In this document: positions 30,388 to 38,867 of the stretch, piece by piece
Layout: each line of letters begins with the position of its first letter
How positions within the stretch are numbered: the first letter of the stretch is position 1
Assembly: GCA_964391325.1 (NCBI GenBank)
Contig: CAYMJM010000001.1
Span: forward strand, 1,438-65,437
Direction of reading: 5' to 3'
Source: an uncultured Candidatus Saccharibacteria bacterium
GTDB taxonomy: Bacteria; Patescibacteriota; Dojkabacteria; B142; JAFGMG01
DNA length: 64,000 nt
Made by a program: the position numbers and the translations under genes
Notes under the pieces: generated by a model
Seen by the model: only the letters and a program-made list of their open reading frames with translations
What the model was told of the DNA's origin: nothing
Database searches by the model: none

Positions 30388-30570
30388 TTATTCACTTTCC
30401 TTAAATTTATTTATTAGTTTCTCCACAGCCGCTCTTTTCGAATCTGTTGTAGTTGGAGGCACTGTTTCTGTCTCGCTGGTGCTTGCTGCCTCTTCAGGTA
30501 AATCATTTGGTGAATTATCTATAGGGTCTCCTGCTGCAGGAGGTGGTACCTCAGGTGAAGGTATATTCAT
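30388..30570 (-). CDS. small Pro/Thr/acidic protein
   Basis: 60-aa ORF, GC-richer than its flanks, ends just before the shared hairpin. Confidence 0.5.
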   Translation of the reverse strand: MNIPSPEVPPPAAGDPIDNSPNDLPEEAASTSETETVPPTTTDSKRAAVEKLINKFKESE

Positions 30571-30677
30571 CCTAATTTTTTAATATATAATGATTACAAC
30601 ATACCATACTAATTTATTAAATAAAAGACTCTTTACATATATATTAATGTGAATTAGGAATTAGCGAGAAGTGTCGT

Positions 30678-30777
30678 TCTCGATACGCCAGCCTTCGGCT
30701 GGCTACTCGAACTGACAGGGTTAATATGTTAGCTCACACTGTCACTTCGAGCCTTGAGCGAAGGTAAGGGGTCGAGA
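30678..30777. repeat. REP-like inverted pair, copy 1
   Basis: TCTCGA..hairpin..CTCGAACTGACA and inverted TGTCACTTCGAG..GTCGAGA; related copy at 57074. Confidence 0.7.
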
Positions 30778-30822
30778 TGATCTTGTTGAAAGGTAGACAC
30801 GAATATTCGAATTAATTAATTA

Positions 30823-30851
30823 TTGCCGACTCTTTATCAATGAGATATAAT
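30823..30851 (+). promoter_or_regulatory. sigma70-type promoter for tRNA-Phe/Val
   Basis: TTGCCG-17 nt-TATAAT. Confidence 0.6.
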
Positions 30852-30893
30852 CAAACTGCGTATTTAAACAGAGTAATTAGGTATTGATACATA

Positions 30894-30969
30894 GCCGAGG
30901 TAGCTCAGTTGGTAGAGCACGCGACTGAAAATCGCGGTGTCGCCGGTTCAATCCCGGCCCTCGGCACCA
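30894..30969 (+). tRNA. tRNA-Phe(GAA)
   Basis: Cloverleaf, anticodon arm CGCGA-CTGAAAA-TCGCG, GGTTCAA T-loop, encoded CCA. Confidence 0.97.
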
Positions 30970-31021
30970 GGTTAATATGATTAGTACGCATAAATTGTTG
31001 AATGACATTCAATAAGAATGT

Positions 31022-31098
31022 GGGCGCCTAGCTCAACTGGCTAGAGCAATTCGTTTACACCGAATAGGTTGAGGGTTCGAGTCCCCCGGCGCCCACCA
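31022..31098 (+). tRNA. tRNA-Val(TAC)
   Basis: Anticodon arm ATTCG-TTTACAC-CGAAT, GGTTCGA, encoded CCA. Confidence 0.96.
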
Positions 31099-31108
31099 AT
31101 TTTTAATA

Positions 31109-31585
31109 GTGCCTTCATGTCAAAAATTAATAATGAACCTTGTTGTTGCTGTCCATAAGCTTTTTAAGCTTGGCTTTGGTTTATTTATTAATTTTGCAGA
31201 TGTGATTACTCCTGAATCTCAAATCCAATCTGATATACCGCCAGATAGACAGAATCAAGCAACAGTCATGCTTACGAACCTTGGCCTAACTTTGGTAATG
31301 AACAAAGGTGGATGTTTTATGAATCCGGATTTATTAGAGATGGATATCAAATAAGGGCTTTGTTCGTACAAGCTCGTAGGTACTATTTATGGTGTTGACG
31401 CGGAAGAACTTTATTTTGAAATATCTGCTCAGGACCGAGATTTATGCCTCCCTGCTCCTTGGAGAGTACAAACTGAATTGTGGGTCCAGACATTTAACAA
31501 GCTGCTGAGAGGCGATGTGGATTTACTAGGGGCCTATTCTGTGTTACAGGAAAATTATATTTGCAATTTGCGTAATTGCATTTAG
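31109..31585 (+). pseudogene. possible disrupted hypothetical gene
   Basis: ORF 31109-31354 ends at TAA but the same frame stays open for another 76 codons to TAG 31585. Confidence 0.35.
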
Positions 31586-31605
31586 TTTATGATAAAATAT
31601 GCTAT

Positions 31606-31715
31606 GCGGCAGTAGTTCAGTCCCGACATGAACCGCAAGGGTTTCATGTCGTGGATCCTCGATTTAGTGATTCGCCTTCGGCGAAAGCTAAATCGGGATT
31701 GGCTAGAACGTTTCC
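31606..31715 (+). other. duplicated tRNA-Gly 5' half interrupted by a 78-nt double-hairpin insert
   Basis: GCGGCAGTAGTTCAG (31606-20) and TTGGCTAGAACGTTTCC (31699-715) are identical to nt 1-32 of the downstream tRNA-Gly; insert 31621-31698. Confidence 0.9.
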
Positions 31716-31738
31716 GTATCTATTGATAAACGAATATT

Positions 31739-31815
31739 GCGGCAGTAGTTCAGTTGGCTAGAACGTTTCCTTGCCAAGGAAAAGGTCGCCGGTTCGACCC
31801 CGGTCTGCCGCTCCA
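31739..31815 (+). tRNA. tRNA-Gly(GCC)
   Basis: Anticodon arm TTTCC-TTGCCAA-GGAAA, GGTTCGA, T discriminator plus CCA. Confidence 0.97.
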
Positions 31816-31920
31816 GAAATATCTTTAAGTCTAGCAAGCACATCCAAAGTACTAGCTACCGTCCACTCGAACCGGAATGTATATTCGAGTATAATGCCTT
31901 GTATTTATTAAGGTATCTTT

Positions 31921-32238
31921 ATGATCCATATGAGCAAAAATGACGATGCCAAAGGCTGGTATCTAGGGCCGTGGAACTCAAATATTGAGATCCCAATCGG
32001 ATTTGCCAATAGGGGGATAAGGGAAGAACATGTTCATCGAAGGATGAATGAGATATATTTAATTGCTAGAGGAACTAGCACGCTTGTAATTGATAATAAA
32101 CAAATAGCACTTAAAGAAGGTGACATTATTGTGGTAGAACCAAATGAAATACATATGTTTAAAGACAGTTCCGAAGATTACCTGCATTTTGTAATTCATA
32201 CCCCTTTCTCAAAAGACGACAAAGAGCTTATTACATAA
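31921..32238 (+). CDS. cupin domain protein
   Basis: HVHRRMNEIY..ARG and GDIIVVEPNEIH cupin motifs. Confidence 0.88.
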   Translation: MIHMSKNDDAKGWYLGPWNSNIEIPIGFANRGIREEHVHRRMNEIYLIARGTSTLVIDNKQIALKEGDIIVVEPNEIHMFKDSSEDYLHFVIHTPFSKDDKELIT

Positions 32239-32256
32239 AATCTTATAGCTCAAAAA

Positions 32257-32751
32257 ATGATAATTTCAAACCGTGATGCGCAGCGCTTTTTTAACGAATT
32301 TATGCGAAATCGCCAGATAAATATAGACTTTTATGAAAGGGTGCCCGAGGAAAAGTCCGATTTTAGACTAGTTGATACAAACGAACGAAAATCAGATTCA
32401 ATAAGAGAGAGCCTTGCACACCAGATTAATGTTCAAAGGACATATATAAAGGCTGTAGAGACAGGGAATTTGAAGTTTGGCCCTTACTATTATAAAGATT
32501 TAAGCCTGAAGACGAAAAAAGATTTATTGTTGGAGGCATTAGATGCAGATTTAAGGTTGGAAGAATTATTGTCTCACGAGATCAATTGCAGAAAACTAAT
32601 TACTGTACCTTGGGACTCAAAAAAAGTAAATTCTATTGTTATGCTATGGTCATTAAATTCTCATGAAATACTACATACAGGGTGGAATTTGGCATTGATG
32701 GATGCTCTAGGCATTGACCGCTATGACTCATTAAAGCAAATGTGGGGGTAG
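32257..32751 (+). CDS. DinB family protein
   Basis: SIRESLAHQ...HEILHTG His pattern in a helical bundle. Confidence 0.75.
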   Translation: MIISNRDAQRFFNEFMRNRQINIDFYERVPEEKSDFRLVDTNERKSDSIRESLAHQINVQRTYIKAVETGNLKFGPYYYKDLSLKTKKDLLLEALDADLRLEELLSHEINCRKLITVPWDSKKVNSIVMLWSLNSHEILHTGWNLALMDALGIDRYDSLKQMWG

Positions 32752-32808
32752 TCTTCCCCTTACTAGATGCTTATAAAAAGCTTTGCTTGTTGATATAATG
32801 AAGGTACT

Positions 32809-33368
32809 ATGAGAATAAGATCAGCAGTATTGAAGATTATCCTAAGATACTTGAGGCAAGAGGGTCTGTGCTTAATTCGAAACTAAGTAACTCTTCTCTA
32901 ACAAAGCTCAGTCGAAGCGGATTCTTAATTGGCGATTATAACGCGGATGAATTCAGAAAGGACCTAGCAGAGATATTTTTAGTTGCAGTTGAAAATAAAG
33001 ATATAGCTGGATATATAGTGCTTTCAAAACGGAAAGAGTATATAAATAATAAGTACAAGGTCTGGAGCTTTGATAGTGCAAAATCTCTATATTACTCTGA
33101 ACAGGGCATAGAGTTGAAAACGATAATAGTACGAGATAAATTCAGAAGAACAGGCCTGGCTAAGAAATTATTGACTAGAGCTTTGAGGATCTCAGACCAA
33201 AAATTTCAAGCGATGTTTAGCGTTATCAGTTTGGCACCAGTACCCAATTATGCTTCATTAAACTTCCATCTTAAGAACGGTTTTAAGGTAGTTTCTATAT
33301 CACAGCCAAGAGAACTATTTGGTATTACAAATTATCAGAGCATGTTACTTATGAAAAACCTTGGCTAG
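32809..33368 (+). pseudogene. GNAT acetyltransferase with a frameshift near the 5' end
   Basis: MRIRSA (ATG 32809) continues in the -1 frame as SIEDYPKILE...; acetyl-CoA motif VRDKFRRTGLAKKL and NYASLNFHLKNGF. Confidence 0.7.
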
Positions 33369-33503
33369 CAATTAGTATTAATAACGAAGATTTAGTACAC
33401 CACCATGTCGCCATCTACCAGCATTTGTGATAGTATCATATTTAAGTAGCAGTATGTAGAGTATGCCGAAAAACATATTAAACTTTTTAATGAAGAGGCT
33501 TAG

Positions 33504-34433
33504 ATGGTAAAAATAGTAGGTATTGATCCAATTGTACTTTTCCCAGAGCATGTTAAAAAGCTAGAGAGCCTTGGAGAACTAACTCTTTGCGATACTGTCC
33601 CTAATGATGACGTGGAAATTATTGATCGTGTAGGAGATGCAGAAATCATCTTAGGTTTCTGGACTGCTTTGTCAAAGAGTGTCATACAGAATTTCAGTAA
33701 TGTGAAAATGATCTGTAGTGCAGCTGCAGGTTATGACTGGATAGATGTTAAAGCAGCTATAGAAAAAGAAATCACTGTTACTCACTGCCCAGGGCACAAT
33801 GCTCAAGCAGTAGCAGAACATACAGTCGGATTGTTACTCGCGGCTATGCGTCTCACCAGAAAAGCAAGCTGTGAAGTCAGAAAAGGGGAATTTTTGCCAG
33901 AGTCATATGTGGGCAAAGAACTGAAAGGGAAAACGGTTGGCATCATAGGATATGGCTCTATTGGCAAGAAAGTCGCTGAGATTTTGCAGAGAGGTTTTGG
34001 GGCCAAAATAGTATATGTTAATTCTCGAAGCTCCCGCGAAGATTTAGAGCGTTTACTAATAGTCAGTGACTTTATCTCCATCAACGCGCCCTTAAGTGAT
34101 AAAACTAGAAATCTTATTAGTAATAGAGAATTTGATTTAATGAAAGATGATGTAGTTATTGTAAATACTGGAAGAGGTGCAATTATAGATGAGATAGCAC
34201 TATTGCAAAATCTAGAAAATGGCAAAGTCTTTGCAGCAGGTCTTGACACTCTAGCCAAAGAGCCTTTCCAAGATTCAAACCCTCTCCTGTCCTATCCAAA
34301 TGTTATAATCACCCCACATATTGGTTGGAATACCAGAGAGTCGGAGTATAGGCTTTCTGCTCAGGTAGTAGAAATTATTACTGCTTTTGTCCAGGGAAAT
34401 CCAATTTATATTATTCCAGAACAAAGGAGATAG
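33504..34433 (+). CDS. D-isomer-specific 2-hydroxyacid dehydrogenase
   Basis: GYD, NAQAVAEH, GIIGYGSIG, VNTGRGAIIDE, EP, TPHIG. Confidence 0.92.
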   Translation: MVKIVGIDPIVLFPEHVKKLESLGELTLCDTVPNDDVEIIDRVGDAEIILGFWTALSKSVIQNFSNVKMICSAAAGYDWIDVKAAIEKEITVTHCPGHNAQAVAEHTVGLLLAAMRLTRKASCEVRKGEFLPESYVGKELKGKTVGIIGYGSIGKKVAEILQRGFGAKIVYVNSRSSREDLERLLIVSDFISINAPLSDKTRNLISNREFDLMKDDVVIVNTGRGAIIDEIALLQNLENGKVFAAGLDTLAKEPFQDSNPLLSYPNVIITPHIGWNTRESEYRLSAQVVEIITAFVQGNPIYIIPEQRR

Positions 34434-34436
34434 CAC

Positions 34437-35435
34437 ATGGACCAAGAACCAATAAATCTTCAATATACGACAATAAAAGATCCATTGCCGGATTTTATTT
34501 ATGATGGATTGGCTCCCTACTCGAAAGTAGCCAATGCTTATAAGCCACAACCAATTGAACTAGTCGAGAAATTAGCAAAAAAGCATAATTTGCCAAAAGA
34601 AATGATTTATTTGACTGCAGGTATAGACGAGGCGATACAAATGTTTGCTAAAGCTTATGGGCAGAGCGCCTATGTGTTTACACCTACGTATGTTGTTTAT
34701 GCTGATGTAGAAGAGTTTGGTGGTAAGTTGACGCAAATCCCTTCTGTACGGGGTGCAGGATATATTATTGAAACTGAGGCTATCCAAGATGCTACGCTTA
34801 TATATCTTGCAAATCCGAATAACCCATCTGGAATTACAAGTAGAGAAAATGTGTTAAAGCTGATCAGGAACAATCCTCACGCTAAGGTAGCAATTGATGA
34901 AGCTTATGGTGAATTTGCTGACCTTTCAGTTATAAATGAGGTAGAAAAATTTTCTCATATGGCTGTCTTTCGTAGTTTTTCAAAGGCTTATTCTATGGCT
35001 GGTAATCGTATAGGCTATATTGTTGCACATCCTGAGGTAATAGAGGTTGTTAAGAATAAAAGTCAATGGTCTAATGCTTCCTATCTTTCGGTAGGAGCGG
35101 CGATAATCGCACTAGATCACGAGAATTATTTTTCAAACATACGAGCAGACATTAATCAAAGGTGCAAAGAATTTGTATCGTTCCTTAAAGGGGCCGGGTT
35201 CTCTGTTTTCCCTTCAAGAATAAACGCAGTGCTTATTAAGTTTCAATCAGAAGCTGAAGCAACCACTTTCGTTAGTTATTTAAGCGAGAATAACTTTATA
35301 GTCAGCCACGGCAATGGCAATAGTAATATCGGTCTTGATAGCTCTTTCGTCAGAATAGCTATTGGAAACGAAGGTCAAATGGGGAGATTAAAAGATATAA
35401 TTTCCAAATACCGAAATAAGTTAGCCCACCAATAA
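34437..35435 (+). CDS. class I/II PLP aminotransferase, HisC-like
   Basis: LANPNNPSG, IDEAYGEF, RSFSKAYSMAGNRIGY, FVRIAIG. Confidence 0.88.
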   Translation: MDQEPINLQYTTIKDPLPDFIYDGLAPYSKVANAYKPQPIELVEKLAKKHNLPKEMIYLTAGIDEAIQMFAKAYGQSAYVFTPTYVVYADVEEFGGKLTQIPSVRGAGYIIETEAIQDATLIYLANPNNPSGITSRENVLKLIRNNPHAKVAIDEAYGEFADLSVINEVEKFSHMAVFRSFSKAYSMAGNRIGYIVAHPEVIEVVKNKSQWSNASYLSVGAAIIALDHENYFSNIRADINQRCKEFVSFLKGAGFSVFPSRINAVLIKFQSEAEATTFVSYLSENNFIVSHGNGNSNIGLDSSFVRIAIGNEGQMGRLKDIISKYRNKLAHQ

Positions 35436-35552
35436 AAATATTAGACTATATTCTTCCGTTTAACATCTGCGATTTTAACAGACCAATAATTTTATTACGC
35501 GGACATTTACCCCCTCTTTGCTAATTTATATAACTATGATACAATCCTCAGC

Positions 35553-36517
35553 ATGTTTGATTGCCCACCGGAAACAACACCCGAAGCGTTGCCTGTTGCT
35601 CGCTTACACCATTTTACTAAGTGGCTAGAACTAATGGATTTAGCCCATTAAATAGACGCTAATTCATTAGGGGAATTCCCTCAAAGTGGAATAGTGCTAT
35701 CTGAAGAAAACTATAGAGCTCTTCGGGATCAGTATATTATACACTCCAATCAAGAGCGTTTAATTTCTGCAAGTAGGGCTATTAGGGTGAACCGTGTTTT
35801 CGAGGGTGTAGAGCAAGAGGATTTCATATTAAAACCAAGCATTCAGGACTTATTTACAGCTTATTATTCTGTTTCCAGGTACGGAATAGACATAGGGGCA
35901 GTCCTTTCATTTAGAAGTAAGTTGAGTTTTGATTCAGAGATGAGTAGTCTACAAGATGAGCTAGATAGCTTTATTGTCCCTTATTTAGATGTTTTGAGGG
36001 GGAAATACTTGATGACTTCCAAGTAACTAGGAGTATTGTTATACAGTCACCTTTCCTCGGTAAGAATTATTATGGAGACCTATATGGCAGTGAAAGCTTA
36101 TTTGAAAGAGATCTGCATCCAAGTTGTTTATTTGCATTTAAAGCAATATCTAAATGGTGTAAACTCCCAGGAGAAACACAAATATCACTAAATACCGTGG
36201 GAAAAGATGACTTCTGTAGGACACGTGCTGTGGGGGAGCATTGCTCACCTAACTTGTTAAGAATTCCTGATGATATCACCTGCTCTCCGCAGCTAACAAC
36301 CCTACTTTCCAATCTGAGTTGTGGACGGGACTATCTCGAACGTGTATCTTTTTCAGAGTGGTTGGGAGCAAATTCTTATGCAGAATATTTACAGCAGTGT
36401 AATGTGTGTACTAATGCTACTTCGGCTTTGACTTTACCTGTGGGAATATATCGAGATTATCTGCTAGAAAAGTTTGAACAGACTGTAAATGAACAACAAC
36501 AAGATTATGCATCATAG
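35553..36517 (+). pseudogene. disrupted hypothetical gene of about 320 codons
   Basis: ATG 35553, in-frame TAA 35649-51, the frame continues through the 35694 ORF, then a -1 shift at the G5 run 35998-36002 joins the frame of the 36197-36517 ORF. Confidence 0.6.
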
Positions 36518-36576
36518 CTGTCTTCAAGTATAAAAAAGCTTACTTAGAAAAGCGAGTCTCATTCTTAACTAAACAG

Positions 36577-38739
36577 TTATAAGATACACAGACTGAAGTT
36601 GCACGTAAGGCACTTTATACATCCCTCTGCACTTATTAAACGAGATTTTTTGCAATTCGGACATGAATCTCCTGGTTTCAATTCTCTCATGCTTTTTTGT
36701 TTTTGATCGCCAAATTCTATTACTTGGTCTTTTTTACTTTGATCTCTATATATTGTAATTCCTTTGCAGCCACTTTCCCAAGCCATCATGTAAGCCTTCT
36801 CTACATCATCCGCGATAGCAGATCCTGGCATGTTTATTGTTTTTGTGATGGCATTGTCTATATGTCTTTGCCATGCTGCCTGCATTCTAATATGGTCCTT
36901 CCATTCAATTTCATGTGCTGTTAAAAAGAGTTTTTTGATACGTTTTGGAATCTCAGATATATTCTGTATACTTCCATGATGCTCAAAAATTTGTTCAAAT
37001 AGATTCTCAATTTCTATTCCCTCCTGTTTTAGCTTATGCTCTAATAACTCATTAACATTCTTAATCCTAACTCCTCCTAAAATATTCTGATAATATGCCA
37101 AAGCAAAAAATGGCTCAATACTATAGGATGTTCCAAAAATAACTGCATTGCCGCTGCTCGGTGGAAGTGTGTTGACGGTCACATTTCTGGGTTGTCTTCT
37201 TTTGTTTGCCCATATTGAGTACTCGACATACGGAAAAGGCCCTTTTTCTTCCCCTAAGTTAAATGATTCATCATGACAAGCATCTGAAATTACTTTAGAC
37301 ACTTTCTCTGCTAGCTTAAATGCTTTTTGATCATCGTAGGGTATTTCTAGATGAACTAATAAATCGGCCCAACCCACAACGCCTATTCCTAGCCTCCTAA
37401 AGCTTTTAATATTTTTAGTTTGCTCTGCGATTGGAAACCATGACATTTCGATTACATCATCCATAAATCGGGTTGATATCCGTGATACTTCTTCTAATCT
37501 TTTAAAATCTAACTCGGCTTTTCCGTTGTTATCTCGAATAAATGCTGTCAGATTAATGTACCCTAAATTACATGATTCATAAGGATATTGAGGTATTTCT
37601 CCACACACGTTTGTAGCCTGTATTGGTCCAAAATGCTTGAGTACGGGATTGCCTTTATTGATATTGTCTAGAAAGATTACTCCAGGGTCACCAGTTTTGT
37701 GTGCGTATGTTACAGCTAACTCCCATATAGCTCTCGCTTTGATATTGTTTGTAACTTGTCCTGTGCGAGGATTGATCAGCTTCCACTGTTTGTCTTTCTT
37801 GACTGCATCCATGAATCCTTCTGTGATTCCGATGGATATATTCGTTTTTGGAAGGATTCCATCTGTTTCTTTTGCAGTAATAAATTCCAGAATGTCAGGG
37901 TGGTCTACATTCAGTATTGCCATGTTACCGCTTTCATACCTGCCCTGTTGTCTAAAAATGCTTGTCGGTAAGTCAAACATTTTCATGATCTCTACAGGTC
38001 CGGCAGCAAGTCCTGGTTCATCCGCAACAAGATCTCCTTTTGGTCTTATTTTAGAGAAATTATACCCGCAGCCTCCTCCATGCTTTTTTGTCACACTGGA
38101 TTCATACAAACTCTTAAAGATTGTTTCAATGCTGTCTTTTATGTCAAAGACAAAGCAGTTTGCCAGCTGGGGGTTTTTTGTTCCAGCATTTGACAGCACC
38201 CTAGTCCCGGGCAGAAACTCCCATTTCGTCATAATATTCAGAAATTCTTTTTCCCATTTTTTCCTCTTTGCTTTGTTTGATTCAGCTGTAGCTACAAAGC
38301 GTGCAACCCTTTCCAACATTTGTAAGGGAGTCTCTTTTGTTCTGCCTTGTTTATCTTTTTTTAGATAGCGTTCTTTAAGGATAAACAAAGAGTTATAGTT
38401 TAGGTGTCCTATATCATCCTGTACACCAAGTTCTTGGATTTGTACATATTGTTGCCTTTTCTTTTCACGCGCGAGAATGAACTCTTTCACTGTCTGGTAG
38501 TGGCCCCTTTTAACTAGTACCCTTTCAACCGCGGAACCAATATCTGAAGTTTTGATGGGCTTATCTGATGGGTAGATTTCTGTTATATACTCCAATACTT
38601 CCTGGGCTACTGCAGTTGCTAGTTTCTTATCTCGTCCTCCTACATTTTTTGCAGCAGTCCAAATTGATTTCGTAATCTTTTCTGCTTGGAAAATTTCTTG
38701 GGCACCATTTCGTTTCACCACTTGTTTAGGAAGCTTCAT
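36577..38739 (-). CDS. nrdJ: class II (adenosylcobalamin-dependent) ribonucleotide reductase with ATP cone
   Basis: N-terminal VVKRNG ATP cone, QLANCFV, ATNVCGE, ESCNLG, ITKTINMP, KGITIYRD, C-terminal Cys cluster; no nrdB nearby. Confidence 0.9.
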   Translation of the reverse strand: MKLPKQVVKRNGAQEIFQAEKITKSIWTAAKNVGGRDKKLATAVAQEVLEYITEIYPSDKPIKTSDIGSAVERVLVKRGHYQTVKEFILAREKKRQQYVQIQELGVQDDIGHLNYNSLFILKERYLKKDKQGRTKETPLQMLERVARFVATAESNKAKRKKWEKEFLNIMTKWEFLPGTRVLSNAGTKNPQLANCFVFDIKDSIETIFKSLYESSVTKKHGGGCGYNFSKIRPKGDLVADEPGLAAGPVEIMKMFDLPTSIFRQQGRYESGNMAILNVDHPDILEFITAKETDGILPKTNISIGITEGFMDAVKKDKQWKLINPRTGQVTNNIKARAIWELAVTYAHKTGDPGVIFLDNINKGNPVLKHFGPIQATNVCGEIPQYPYESCNLGYINLTAFIRDNNGKAELDFKRLEEVSRISTRFMDDVIEMSWFPIAEQTKNIKSFRRLGIGVVGWADLLVHLEIPYDDQKAFKLAEKVSKVISDACHDESFNLGEEKGPFPYVEYSIWANKRRQPRNVTVNTLPPSSGNAVIFGTSYSIEPFFALAYYQNILGGVRIKNVNELLEHKLKQEGIEIENLFEQIFEHHGSIQNISEIPKRIKKLFLTAHEIEWKDHIRMQAAWQRHIDNAITKTINMPGSAIADDVEKAYMMAWESGCKGITIYRDQSKKDQVIEFGDQKQKSMRELKPGDSCPNCKKSRLISAEGCIKCLTCNFSLCIL

Positions 38740-38867
38740 AATAAGGATAAATTACAACTATAAAATAATGGACTTCTTTTGCAGTTTTTACATAATAGCA
38801 GTAAAGTTTTAAGTTGACAAAACTTCTTTGTAAAGGCTGCAGTGAGAATAAATTTGGATAGTTAAGC

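Noticed and set aside
30660-30800. Palindromic repeats as a CRISPR array
   Set aside because: Units are inverted and variable, with no regularly spaced direct repeats and no cas genes.
31621-31698. Insert as a group I intron or BHB-type tRNA intron
   Set aside because: Too short for group I, no evident bulge-helix-bulge, and the interrupted copy lacks its own 3' half.
31576-31761. 61-aa ORF over the tRNA-Gly duplication
   Set aside because: It overlaps structured RNA and the tRNA, and has a TTG start with no RBS.
31352-35651. Two in-frame TAA interruptions suggesting stop-codon reassignment
   Set aside because: TAA, TAG and TGA all end conserved genes here and RF2 is intact; nonsense mutations are the simpler explanation.
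37637-38368. 243-aa plus-strand ORF, and similar antisense ORFs within dnaE, ftsE, dnaK and uvrB
   Set aside because: They lie entirely antisense to well-supported genes and have no motifs; typical shadow ORFs.
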